Shown here piece after piece: positions 24,176 through 38,977 of a DNA stretch of 64,000 bases (position 1 is its first letter; the number at the start of each line of letters is the position of its first letter). The DNA is taken from positions 557,687-621,686 of the forward strand of contig MU054575.1 in the NCBI GenBank assembly GCA_013239625.1, written 5' to 3'. The notes under the pieces were generated by a model, which saw nothing but the letters and a program-made list of their open reading frames with translations, was not told where the DNA came from and did no database searches. The stretch comes from Lama guanicoe (taxonomy: Eukaryota). Position numbers and translations under genes: made by a program.

Positions 24176-25444
24176 TTTGTCCCCAAGGAGCCAGTGCCCC
24201 AGCCCAGACTGGAGACCAGACCAGCTTGTGATGGATGTCACTCCTGGGTGGCTTATGGGCAGCGGGCTATGCAGCTGTCCGGAGGCAGGGGACCTACGCG
24301 GTGCCCTGAGAGGGGACACAGGCTGGTGGCCTTTGGCCCCAGAGCTGCTCCACGCTCCCTCCCAGCCCCCACAGCTGCTGGCTCCTCGGCAGCCAGGTGA
24401 CAGGGCACAGTTGGGGGCGGCCGCACGTGGGGAGCCGAGGATCAGGCTTTCGGCCTTTCCTTCCGATTTCGCTCCCGGGAAGGCTGCCCCTCTCTGAGGA
24501 ATGAAACTCAAGTAGCGGGCCCTGCAAGGCCACGGCGAGTCTGCTTTTGTCTCACACTTTTACTCTGTAAACTTCAGCCCTAAAACAACACACATCCTCT
24601 GAAGCTGCTCACATATTAGCTCTTAAAACAGCAAAATCCGTGCACAATTTCCTCTCAATCCCTTAAAACATTCCTGAAAGGGGAAAAAAAAACTGTTTAA
24701 ATTCACGCCTGTCATTAAAATCTCTGAACATGCAGCATCGGAGCGGGTCCGCAGCAGTCAGGATACAGAGGCGCGGGGCCCGCGCACGCCGCACGTGTGC
24801 ACTGCACAAGGAGCCCCCGCACGCGCGTGCATGTGCTCGTGCACACATGCTTACACACACGTGCTCGCGCGCGGCCCCGCTGCACACGCCGGGGCGCCCT
24901 CTGCAGACGACGCGCCTTCTCAGCACGTGGACCGGTTAGTTCGGAAGCATCTTCCTCCCCGAGGTGCCTTCGGTTTGGTAAACGTCTGGTTCCGGGTAAA
25001 TTCTTACAGATGCTTTTAGAAGCTGGGGCTTCAGCAGATGAAAATGCTGCCCACCTGCCTCTTTCCCCCCTCTCGGAGTTGGCAGCCCTCCGCGTGGGGC
25101 TCCAGCCGGCGTCCAGCAGAAGGCGGCCCCCGCGGAGCCGGCCGGGGAGGACAGGGTGTGAGCTGGCTGCCCGGCGGCGGCATGGGGTTGCAGCCACGCG
25201 GCGGGGCCCAGGGCGCCGGACCCGCCTGCCCACAGCTTGGCGCCCGCCGGCCCTGCCCCGCGCCCACCTTTCCCCGGCGGGGCCTGGGCATCAGCCCGAG
25301 TGCCGCCTCCAGCACTGTGCGGTCTCCCGCAGCGCAGGTCCCCTTCCCAGGAGGACAGAGCTTCGGGGCCTACAGCTTGGACGTCCCCAAGGACCCTTGT
25401 CCAACCTTGGCTTGACCTTGGTGACGAGCCAGAGCCCCGGGCAC

Positions 25445-25825
25445 CACTGCTCCCTCCTCAAGCTGGGAGCCCATGATCAAGGTGTGGGTTGGGCGGGGCT
25501 GGTGTCTCAGGCTGAGAGGGAGCATCTGGCCGGGCCTCTCCCCCAGCTCCTGGTGGCTCCTTGTCGACCAGCGACATTTCTTGGCTATGGAAGCCTCTCC
25601 CCGATCTCTGGTTCACGTGCACGTGACATTCTCCTATGCGTGTCTGTGTCCTATGTCCCCTGTTTATAAGATACCAGTCATACTGGAGGGGGGCCCCCCC
25701 TAGTGACCTTATCTTAACTCTTCACCCTTGCAGTGACCTTATTTCCAAATAAGATCACATTCTGGCAGGTCAGGACTCCAACACATGAATTTGGGTGTGG
25801 GGGACACTGTGTCAACCCCGAACAG
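25445..25825 (-). mobile_element. MLT1-type solo LTR
   Basis: gatcaaggtgtggg...tttataagataccagtcatactgga...gaccttatttccaaataagatcacattctg...ggactccaacacatgaattt. Confidence 0.85.
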
Positions 25826-26949
25826 TGCCTGAGCTGGGCAAGCTGGCTGAGCAAGGGACGTTGGGGTCATTCCAATCTGCCGCCTGTTCTGCTGTGAGAG
25901 GTGGGCGGCCCTCGGTGACTGTTTCCGCCGGTTGTACCAACCGCCCAAGCCGGGTCCTGGGTTTGGTGCCGTGCCAGGGGCTCAGCCAGAGCAAGACAGG
26001 AGAGGCCCCGGTGCTCAGGCCCTACGTTCCGCTGGGTGTGGTGATGTTCCCGTGAGCCAGGAAACGCGGTGGTTCCCAGTACGGTGAGAGGACTGGGTGG
26101 TGGAGACAGCTGGTGTGGGGCTGGGCTGTCAGACCCTTGTGAAGGTGGCACTCGAGCTGGCACTGAGGGGAGAAGGGGGCCAAGGGGCAGAGGAGAAAGC
26201 ACAAAGGTGAGGCCCAGGGCAGGAGAGAGGTGGCCCCTGGGGACAGAAAGGTGGCTCTGTGGGTAGAGCTGCTGCTCCAGCCCTGTGTGCTCTTCCTCAG
26301 GGCCCCGGGCGGAGGGTGGCCTTGGGCACGGGCTGCAGGTGCAGATGCTCAGCAGGTGTGTGCTGAGTGACTCCCAGAGATGTCGGCTGCTCTCAGCAGC
26401 AGGCCTGTGAGGTGGCATTGCAGACGTGCTGCACACGGAGGCCTGGCACGCGGTAGGTGCAGCTGGATGGACAAGGATCCGGCTCTGGTGTTCCCAGCGC
26501 TGGGAAGCGGCAGGCTGGCCCGGCAGTTTCGGGTGGCGGGATCCCCCGAGCTGGGACCGGGATGGATACACAGAGGAAGGAAGGATGGGTGGCTTCCTTA
26601 TTTTTGTCTGCTTAGGAGGAAGACATTCCCAGACGCCTAAGTGCAGGTGTGCGCAGAGTTTCACCTCTTGAAATGTGGAAGCAAAAAACAAAAACCTTGG
26701 TTTATTCGGTTTCCAGGGTCTGAGGTTCTGAAGCCTGGTGCCCCGCATGTCTTGTCACAGCAGGCAGCCGCCAGAGCAGCTGTAGGGAAGGAGAGCAGAG
26801 TCCTCACAGCACGCAGACGTCCCCCAGTGAGCCACCACGTGTCCTCAGCCCTGTCCCCGAGACCTCGCCTGCCACACTGGCCCCCGCCTGTCCCCGCCAT
26901 CTGTGTCTGACCACAGGATGCTAGCTGGCGTCGAGGCGAAGGCAGTGTT

Positions 26950-27760
26950 CTTGCAAAAGGGGCAGGGTTTTGTGGAGTCTGTGAAAGCAACATCAGAGAC
27001 GCTTTATTGGCCCCCGTTGATGGGCTGAAGGGAGCCACCGATGGGAATGGAGTCACACACCAGCTCCTGCCTCACTGGGGAGAAAGCCGCAGGGGAACTG
27101 TTGCAGTGGAAACTGCTTCTAGCCCTGAGCAGGTTTGGTTACTAGTTAAAGAACTGAAGGGTCTCGGTGATGGAATGGAAGGGTTCCATGAAACTCCCCA
27201 ATTCATGAATAAGAAGGGAGTGGGTAATGGGTGACCACCTTGGCAACTGCAAGGAGAATGAAAGGAGTAACTAAGTGAAACAGCAAATAGCGAGTAAAGT
27301 GGGAGGAAGCCAGATGGATCCAGTTTTACACTGAACGTGAATGGTCTGAACCTCCCTGTTAAAAGGCAGAGACTGCCAGGAGGGTCTTCACCTGTTACAG
27401 GTACATTGTTCAGAGGGGTGCAGCCAAGCACAGTAGTTATGACAGTCGGAAAATGAAAGGATGGCCGAAGTGACGCCAAGCAAGTGGGCTCAAAAGGGAA
27501 ACATAAAAGCAGGATGGACGGTGTGAGGGCCAGCACTGAGACTGGCCCAGTCAAGACACCGTGTCCAGAGAGACGTCACGGAAACTTGTATGCATCAAAG
27601 AGCGTAACACAATATGTGAAGCAAAAGCTATTGGAAGCGCGAGGGAAATGTGTTGAACGTGGTGTTTCTGGGAGGGTTTAATGCATCTCTCTCAGAACAG
27701 GACGATTCTAGCAGATGAAACACAAGTGAAGATGTGGACGGTCCATGTCGTAGTTGTGAC
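26950..27760 (+). mobile_element. Old L1 fragment (inter-ORF region and ORF2 start), sense
   Basis: acactgaacgtgaatggtctgaacctccctgttaaaaggcagagactg encodes TLNVNGLNLPVKRQRL, the ORF2 N-terminus; also NLYASKSVTQYVKQKL. Confidence 0.7.
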
Positions 27761-30700
27761 CGTTTCAGATCCCAGCGGTAATGCCAAGTCACTGTCCCTA
27801 TTACCTACAAACGTGTAGCAGGCATCCTCACATCTGGCTCCTTCGAGCAGCCATCATGGGAGCCCGCCCTGTGCAGCATGGGCGGGGCCCCTCGGGCCGG
27901 CTTCCTCTGCTCTGCCTGGAGTCAGCTGGGCCTGTAGGCCCCACCCGGTGGGCGCATGGTGGAAAGCCCGCTTCCCCAGGCCTCCCCAGGGCTCTGTGGC
28001 TTCCTCACAGCTTGGTTCCAGGAGCCTGGAGGTGGACAGGCCTGGCACAGTCCTTCCGCCCTCTTCTTCTGACCCAGCGTTCACGGAGCCCAGCTGCAGC
28101 AGGAGGAAGAGCCTCAGGACCACGACCCGCGGCCAGCGCTGTAGCCCTGGGTCCTGATGACGGAGACCCCGTGTTTCCTCGTGCCTGTGAAGCACTTGTA
28201 AAACCATCATTTTATGTGGCCATGAAACACCTAACACACTTTGAAAAATTGAGATGTAGCTGTTTACATCCTCTGATCAAAGCCCAGTGCAGTTAGAAAC
28301 AGACGGCTACAAGGTTACCGAGGAGGCTTAACTACCTGCGGATTAAGTCGCACTCTCCTCGGGGACCATCAGGGAGAGGAGACGTGAGTGAGCGTGCAGC
28401 CGCGTGTGGTTGTGAGAGCAGCCCCCGTGCGTGCAGGAGGGCGCTTCCCGGGCCCACTGCAACCCCCAGCACCGACGGGCGCGTCTGTCGCTGTCATGCT
28501 GTTGCCCACGTCACGTGCCAGTGGCTTCGTTGTGTCTGCACTTGTCGTCTCCCCAGAAGGGTTGAAATTCACTCATGAAAAGCAAATAATAATGCGATAA
28601 AATGTATATGTTCTACTTTGTGTAACCCACGTATACTCACCAAGTGCCTCCTGGGTGCCCACCCCTCCACCAGGCGCCCTGGGGTGTGGGCGATGCACAG
28701 GCTTTGCTTCGCCAGAATCTGCCAAGCCTGGTGCCGGGCAAGGAGAAGACGGCCAGCCTGTGGGCCCCCTTCCCAGCCGCATCTGCCTCCCCCGCGCCAG
28801 CCAGGTGCTGGGGGCTGCCGAGCCCCCATCCCTCTGCCTGCTGACCTCGGGAGCCCCAGGTGGGGAGTAAGCGGACAGCGTGCTGGCACCCCCACATGGC
28901 TGGCACACGTCTGGTGCTATGAGCTGGGTCCCCAGGCTGGAGACACCTCGTTAAACCACCTGAATCACGTGAAACTAGTCCGCCTCAGGAAGGCACCGGC
29001 AGTCCACGTGAACTTAAAGTCGCCGCGGGGCCACTCTTCTCCCCTCCGTGGGCGGGTGGCCTTTGTTCCGAGGCTGAGCCCAGAAGCCTGCGATCCTGGG
29101 AGGGATTTGGCCCTGACAATAGCGGGCCTGAGAATGTGCCTGGCACCACGTGCCCGAGACCCTCGTCTCACCGCACACCCTCCACACACGGGGGCCCGCG
29201 GGGCTCAGATCCGTTTGCAGTGCCTAGGGTGATGGGCATTGGGATCTGTAGTTACTTGTACAACTTCGGACAGGGGAGGAGGAGGGTAGGGGCTGGAGGC
29301 CTGGGTGGAGCCCCTGTGGCTCCTGGGGTGGGGTCCTGAGCTGCTGGCTGCAGGAAGGGCTTGCCCCAGGTGCATCCTTGTGCTTTTCTTGCTCCTGGGA
29401 AGAGGGTTTCCTGGGAAGCCCATGTGTGGAGAAGGCACCTCCCTGGGAGCTGGGATGTCCTAGGCTCTGCCCAGCTGGCCACTGAGCCTGGAGGGTCGCA
29501 GTGACGTGTTTGAGCGTGGCCCCCATGAGGCTGGTGGTGATGGCACAAAATGGAGCTCAGGGAGAGCTGACCCTCCCCACATGCCATGCACCTCCGGCAG
29601 CACCCCCTCAGCCCCAGCAGCTGCTCGAGTGTAGAACACGGGGTGGGGAGGAGCAGGAGCGCCCCCACGTGGTGTTTCCATGTAGCCCGCTGAGCGCGAC
29701 GCGGGCGCCCTGTGCACAGCGCTGGACAGGGCTTCTGGAGTGAAGGCAGGCAGGGCCTCGGAGAGACAGCCAAGGAGGTGGGCAGGGGTCCCATGGGGGG
29801 ACACAGGCTCAGGCCGGGTGGGGAGCGGGGGCTTCCGCGTCTGTCGCACAGGGTCGGGGCGTCACCCAGAAGGGCAAGTCTGGGCAGGGCCCTCCTCCAG
29901 GCCTCCCCACCTTGCAGGGACCTGCCCCTCCCACCTTCCCCAGGAGGTCACCCAGCACCACCCCGACTTCTAGATCCTTCCATCGGCATTCCAGCAGCCA
30001 AGGGTGCTCTTCTCATCTCACCCTCCCCAGCCCTGGGAGGAGTCCTGCTGGCACCCTGTTGTGCAGACAAGGACGCTCAGGCACCCAGGCGTTGAATGGC
30101 TGACCTGGGTTGCCACTAGGTGGGGGCCCTGAGGGGGCTGGCTTGTCCCTCTGTCCTAGCCTGGAGTGCCCCTCGGCAGCCCGGCAGCCACCTGGGAGCA
30201 GCGAGCAGACCCTTTCAGGCCACCTTGGGCTGCTGTCAACGTGGTAGCCACACATTCAGGGAGGCTGTGGGACCAAGGGGGTGCAGCCGAGCAGAGGGGC
30301 TCCCCACGGCTAAGGGGGAGTTGGTGGGGAGAGGGGAATGGGGGTCAGTTCCCCTGTGGGGTCCTGGCAGGCCAGATCCCGGCCCTGCACAGGCCTCGCC
30401 ACCTCCTGGCCCCTCAGCAGGGCCGCACTGCCCTCGCCCCCAGACCCGGCAGCTCTGGCGGTGTTGCAGGGGGCGGGGTGGGGCGGTGCTGTGCTGCACG
30501 GGCAGAGAGCATGCACCGGGGGAGGCCCAGCTGTGCCCAGCACATGTCACCAGGAGGCCCATGGCCCTCACCACGGGCGTGCGGCTAGGAGCAGCTGGCC
30601 GCAGGCGGACCCCTGAACAAAGGGCCTTTGAGCAGCCTGCGCGCCTGCCCCGTGCCCCCCGGCCAGCTGACCCTCTCGGGGATGCCGAGACCAGCTCCCT

Positions 30701-32059
30701 CCACGGCTTATCGGGTCCCACGTGGAGGTGGGACAGCTGGCCCCAGAGCCCGCCGGCCGGACTCTGCTGGAGGACACGGCCTCCCATGGGGACGCCTCCT
30801 GGCCCGGGCAGGGCAGCCCGCACGTCCTCCCGGCTTGTGGAAGGAGGGCGAGGCCCTCACCCTGGTTGCCTGTGCCCCTGGCCCTGGTGGCCGTTGGTCT
30901 GGTCCCCCGGCCGCCCCTGTCTGCTAACATCGCGGGCACCCCGGACGCCTTTTAGAGGGCCAGGAGCTCCTGCAAGGGGCCCCCAGGCCCTGTCCCCGAG
31001 CCGGCCTCTTCTGGCGTCCACAGGGCTGCCGGGAGGGCGGGGTGCCTGTTGTCCTTGACCCCAGTTCCTGCCTCTGGTCGGCCCCTGCCCCTCGGCCCCG
31101 AAGGCCTCGGCACGCACTTCCCCGCAGTTCCTCTTCCAGCCCTCTTTGAAATTAACTTTCCATCATGAAGATAGCAGAGCAGTGACACACGAGCCCCGGG
31201 AGGAGGATAAGGATCTGCGAGGCTTCCTTTGCGGTTTAGCGAAAAACAAGGAAAAATCTTTCATCTGAAGTGTCAGGGTACAAGCAGAGGCGACATGAGC
31301 GAGCTTGACCTTCAGGCCGTCTCGCTATCTGTCACATGGGGGCCGCGTTCCGCGGGACGTTCGAGGCGGGTGACGCCGGCAGCGCTGAGCCTCAGAGCAC
31401 GTGGGCTTTAGACAGGCTCCCCAGTGGATGACGAGGGTTGATGAGCTGATAAAAGTGAGACGGCAGATAAGACGGCCTCGTGGACCTTCATCCTTCTCCG
31501 GGCAGCGGTGGTGCCACTAGGATTACGAAATGCCCAAGGAATCCGCAACCTCTCCCCTTTGTGTCCTCGGGTAGACAGCCCAGATAAGCACCTGCTCTTC
31601 TAAACCTTTATCTTGGCTCTTGGGATTTGCAGATCTGCCGTCACCCCAAAACGCCACAGGCGGGTGCGGGCGGCGCCCCTCGCTTGTGCCTTGGTCCAGC
31701 TCGGGAGTCCCAGCGTCCATCTGCTAAAGGCAGGGCCTCTGCACGGGGAGCAGCTGAGGCAGCACGGTCCCGGGGGTCCGTCAGCAGCCAGCGCGACCCG
31801 CTGTGCCCCGTGGCCGCCCAGCTCCTGCGCACCACTCCCCATCCTGTCCTCACGGTGGGGATGTGGCCGCGCCCGCGTGACGCTCGCAGTCAGTTGCTGC
31901 GCTCAGTTTGCTGGTTTAGTACTGAACTAACCACGGGCCACGAGGATTAAGAGCCGGGGGCCCAAGGACGACTGTGAGGCAAAGCTCCCGGCCACGCTTT
32001 CTGCCCGATGAGGCCGCCCCGAGGGCCCGGCGCACAGTGCGTCCGTGTGGCGGGGAGAC

Positions 32060-33075
32060 ACACAGCATACAGGCCACCGCTCTCACGCGCACAGTTCCGT
32101 GGCGTTTAATATATCAATACCATTGTGCAAACACCACTTCAGTCTCGTTGCGGAGCTTTGCCATCACCCCTAAAGGAAGCACCGTACCCGTCAGCAGTTG
32201 CCCCCCGTTCCTCCCCCACCCCCGGCCCCTGGCAACCACCAATGGGCTTTCTTTTTATTAAAACTGTCGTAGAACACATAGGACATAAACTTTGGCATCT
32301 CAGCCATTTTTAAGAGCACAGTTCAGAGGCATTAAGTGCATTCTCACTGCTGAGAAACCATCACGTGGGCCATCCCCAGAACTTTCCATCTTTCCAAACA
32401 GAAACTGCTTCTGGAAACATCCCACTTTCTGTTTCCACGTCTGACTTCTCTGGGGACCTCCCATGAGTGGAATCGCACAGGATTTGTCCTTCCGGGTCTG
32501 CATTCTTTTCACTGCACGGCACGTCTCTGAGGCGCACCCACGCGGTAAATGCGTCAGGATCTCCTCCCTCCTTATGGCCGAATAACATTCACTTATGGGT
32601 GAACCACACTTCGCTTTCCTGTTCACCCTTCAGGGCGCCCTCGGGGTGTTTCCACGTTGTGGCTGTTGGAAACAGGGCTGGGAACCTGGGTGTGCAAATA
32701 CCTGCTCGAGTCCCTGTTCTCACTTCTTCTGAGGACGTACCCAGGACTGGGGCCACGGGTCACGTGCTGTTTCTGCTTTCAGCCTTTTGGGGGGAGCTGC
32801 TGTGCTCTCCTCCCCAGCAGGCGCGCCGTTTTGTATCCCCACTGGCAGTGCACAGGTTTCCGATTCCGCCACATCCTCACCATCACTTACTTCATTTTTC
32901 TGGAGGTACCCCCCGTGGTGGGTGTGAGGTGGGCTCTCATCGCGGTTTGGTTTGCGTCTCGAGATGACCAGTGAGGCTGAGCACCTTTTCAGGGTCTTAC
33001 TGACTGGGCGTCTGTCTTCTCTGCAGAAGTGCGTCTTCAAGTTCCCCACCCATTTTTTAACTGGGTTGTTTGTTA
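32060..33075 (-). mobile_element. Two adjacent L1MA/MB-like 3' ends
   Basis: catcacccctaaaggaagc...cccctggcaaccaccaat, then a second tail at about 32250 (ccatttttaagagcacagttcagaggcattaagtgcattc) continuing into ORF2 C-terminal sequence. Confidence 0.8.
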
Positions 33076-35184
33076 GGAACTTTATTTTTAAAAAAGGATT
33101 CTAAATTGCACAAGTAACGCCGCTGAGAGCCACCCCCAGGCCCCCTGCTTGTGAGACGCTGGGGGAGCCTAGGATCTCCTGACCTGAAACTCACGGAGGA
33201 GGGGCTCAGCCCCTGGGTGGGGGGCTCGCTGCTGCTCGGAGCCTGGACGGACGTCCCTGTGTCTGCGCCCCGGCCTGCTTCTGGCAGGCAGTGAATTCTC
33301 AGGTCTGTGCCCTGGTGTCAGCGCCCAGCCGGCCCAGAGGCCCCTGGTCCATGAGGCCAGCTGCAGCTGGGAGGCGACCTTGCTTTGTTTGGGGACAGTG
33401 GCCAGGCGGGAGGGGGCCCTCTGTCCCTCTGGTTGACTGTGGTCTTAGCGGAGATCCCCGACCCAAGGACGGGGCAGAGCTCAGGGCTGTGCTCCAGCCG
33501 CCCCCTTGACCTGCGCACACAGCCGGGCATGCAGGCTTCACGTGGGGCTCGCTGAGGGGGGGCCCCGGGCCAGCTCTGTTATCAGTGGGTGCCTGCGGTG
33601 CACTGAGAAGGGTGTGAGGACCTGGGGGCAGGGAGGAGCAGGAAGGAGAGTGTCCCAGACACAGAGCACTCGGACCGGGGCTGGGGGGCGGGGAGGGGTG
33701 CCCTAGGTCCGTAGGAGGCTCTCAGGTGGGCCGACCTGAGCCCAGACCCTCGGTGCAGGCAGCAGGGAGCCAGGGCAGTGGCTCGAGCAGTGGGGAGGGG
33801 CCGGGAGGGGTGACAGCAGTTGGCAGGCTGCGGGGGGACTTCAGGCTTCTTCCTTCTCGTCTGGGGCTTGCTGGGGGCCTGGTGCAGGGGACCCAGAGTG
33901 TGGAGGGTGGCCCGCAGTGGGGGTCACCCTTTTGGGTCTGGACCCCTGAGGCTGGCCTCCCGTTACCCAGAGCTGAGAGCAGGCAGCCCTGCCCTTCCGT
34001 GAGCCTGCTCTGACGGCGAGTGTCAGGGGTAGCCCCACGGGGTGACCTAGGGGTCAGCCTTCCTGCTGGCCCTACCCCCCCACCACCACTCAAAGAGCCC
34101 ACAGCAGCCCCTGGTCCAGGGTGGCCAAGGCCCCTCTGGTGAAAAAATCCCTGAGTCCCTGCTGGTCCAGAACTTCAGGTCAGCCTGTCCGGCCCTCCCG
34201 GGACCCAGGTCAGTGGACAGGGGGCTCCAAGAGATGGTGATGGGCCAGGCTGACCAGGACACCTGGCCTGTGGGTGCCTGGGCCACAGGGAGCCCCAGGC
34301 GTCCAAGTGAACGACGCCCAGTCCTGGGGTCCTGGCCTTGACCCCAGGTGCATCCCACCCAGCACTTGAGGCTGACGGTGGTGATTTGATCTCGGAGCAA
34401 ACGTTGGTTCCCACTGTCCCAGGCTCTGTCCCGCCCGAGGGCCAGCAGTGCCACACCGATGTGCAGCCCGGCCAGGCCTGGGGCTCAGAGACACGGTGAA
34501 CACCCGGTGCGGCCCCTCGAGCCGCATTCCAGACTCAAATAGGATTTGGGGGTTCGCATTTAAAGAACTATTCCTGCGCCTCCTTCCTGCAGAGGGAGGA
34601 TCCCCCAGCCTCAGCCTGCCAGCCCCAGGAGGGCGAGGGGAGCTCTGAGCGTGAGACCAGGATGATGGGGGGACACGCCGTCCACAGCAATCCGTGGCGG
34701 TTATTTATCTTAAGGTCTGTTGTAAGATCGCGCTACAGACCTGTCAGTCATAAGGCTTCTGCCACTTCCAATGTGCTTAGGACGCGGCCGGAGAAGGTAC
34801 TTAAGTAGTAAGATGAGCATCGGAGTAAGAAAAAGCCTGCTCGGGGATCGATCCGCCTGAGGGTGTGTGGATTTACGGAGCTGAGCTGAGGCTCTGGGGC
34901 TGCCCTTCAGGGGCTTTGTTCATCCCTTCGGGACCACCAGTGGTCTGTGAAGATGCCAGCGCTGGAGTCTCAGCTTTGGGGACCCGGGGGTGGTCGCTCT
35001 GTGGCCCTTGTCATGATGGCCAAACACTGGGAGCAGGCCCCTCTGCCCCACCTCCGTTCACTGCCAGGACCTTGGCTGTCACCTGCTCATCACGCCAGCT
35101 GAAAACCGGCTGGGCCAGAATCCTGGGAAACACACGAGCAAGAGGAAGCTTTTGTACCGGGAGCTCAAGGCCACGGCACAGTCT

Positions 35185-35225
35185 GATCATTCATTCGTTC
35201 ATTCATTCACTCAGCAGATCCACAT
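35185..35225 (-). repeat. (TCAT)n, L2 3' tail
   Basis: atcattcattcgttcattcattcactcagcagat. Confidence 0.55.
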
Positions 35226-35849
35226 CCAGGGCCAACCAGGGAGAAGGCAGTGGGCAGATGGATGTGGCCCTTGCCCTGGTGGGCCCAGCCACCCTCCAAC
35301 CAAGGCTGCCGCCCCAGAGCTGAGGACAGAGGTGGCACCGGCAACCCCCCCCCCAGTGAGGCCACGAAGCCTGGAGTGTCCACACTCCCTCACTCTCCGC
35401 CATCTCCCACCTGCCCTGCATGCCAAACGACTCGACATTTTAAACCAAGAACTTTTTCACAAAAGGAGAGCAGTAGGCCTGCCCACATTTTCTCCCATCG
35501 CCCCCCGAGTCTGCCCCGAGCGCAGGCTGGATGGGGTAAGTGTTCCACCCAAATTGTTGATACTTGGGAGCCAGCGGGCAGTGCCTGGCCGCCCCTTTGT
35601 GGTGCACTCCCTGATGGGGAAGGGCAGAGGTCGGGCATGGGAGCAGGGCCCGCCACCGTCACCCAGTGGGAGCAGAAGTCCCTGCTGGGGCCGGGCTCCC
35701 GGGGAGGACAGGGTGGGGGACCCCAGCTGGAAGCAGGCTGACGGGCTGATTTCACTGAGCGCAGCATCCGCAGGTCCACCTGCGCTGTAGCCTGGCTCAG
35801 AGCTAACTTCCTCTACCAGGCCGAGTAGTGGTCCTTGAATGGATGGACA

Positions 35850-37743
<1,894 letters not shown>

Positions 37744-37910
37744 TGAACCGGGGCAATCCTGGGGCTTTGCCCAGAGGTGGCCTGGAAGGAATTCAGAAAC
37801 TGCAGGTTTAGCTCTGGGCTGGGAGTGCTGCCCCCGCCCTGCCCCTGTGCTCCAGGAGGGTGGGTGGTGCCCGGCAGTGAGGGGCTGGCCCTGCGGGCGG
37901 CACACAGTAG

Positions 37911-38222
<312 letters not shown>

Positions 38223-38564
38223 TAACTGGGCCGGAGGAGGGCAGCCCCGTGGAGGTGGAGGTGGCCAACCTGCACCCCAACCAGTCGCCTGATCAAGGTC
38301 CCGCATGAAGGACATCCGGGCGGCACAGGGTGCTGGCCAGGGGCCAGCTCCCTCCTGGAGCGTGAGACCTGACATTGCCGTTTACGGGCACTGGGGAAGA
38401 CGGATGGTTCCGAAGCCCGGTGTCTGTACACAGGGCTTGCCAGAGTGGCTGTGGGCCCTCTGGGGAGCGTGGGGACGCGCTGCCGGGCAGGCCCGCACTG
38501 CCGCTGGTGCCCGGCCAGGTGTGTCCGCAGGGGCCGGGGGGGGCTGCGGGCGCGACCCGGCTGA

Positions 38565-38888
<324 letters not shown>

Positions 38889-38957
38889 TGAAGCCAGAGC
38901 AGCTGCCCCAGCTTGGTGGACGGGCGGCCCGCACCAGGCTCCACCCAGAAGGGCCCC

Positions 38958-38977
38958 GCAGCTGCCCTCTGGAGGTT
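38958..38977 (-). promoter_or_regulatory. Candidate CTCF site in intron 6
   Basis: Minus strand CCTCCAGAGGGCAGC; one mismatch to CCASYAGRKGGCRS. Confidence 0.45.

Noticed and set aside
30111-30126. Additional CTCF-like motifs (30113, 24893, 42587)
   Set aside because: Mismatches at informative positions; such matches are common at this GC content.
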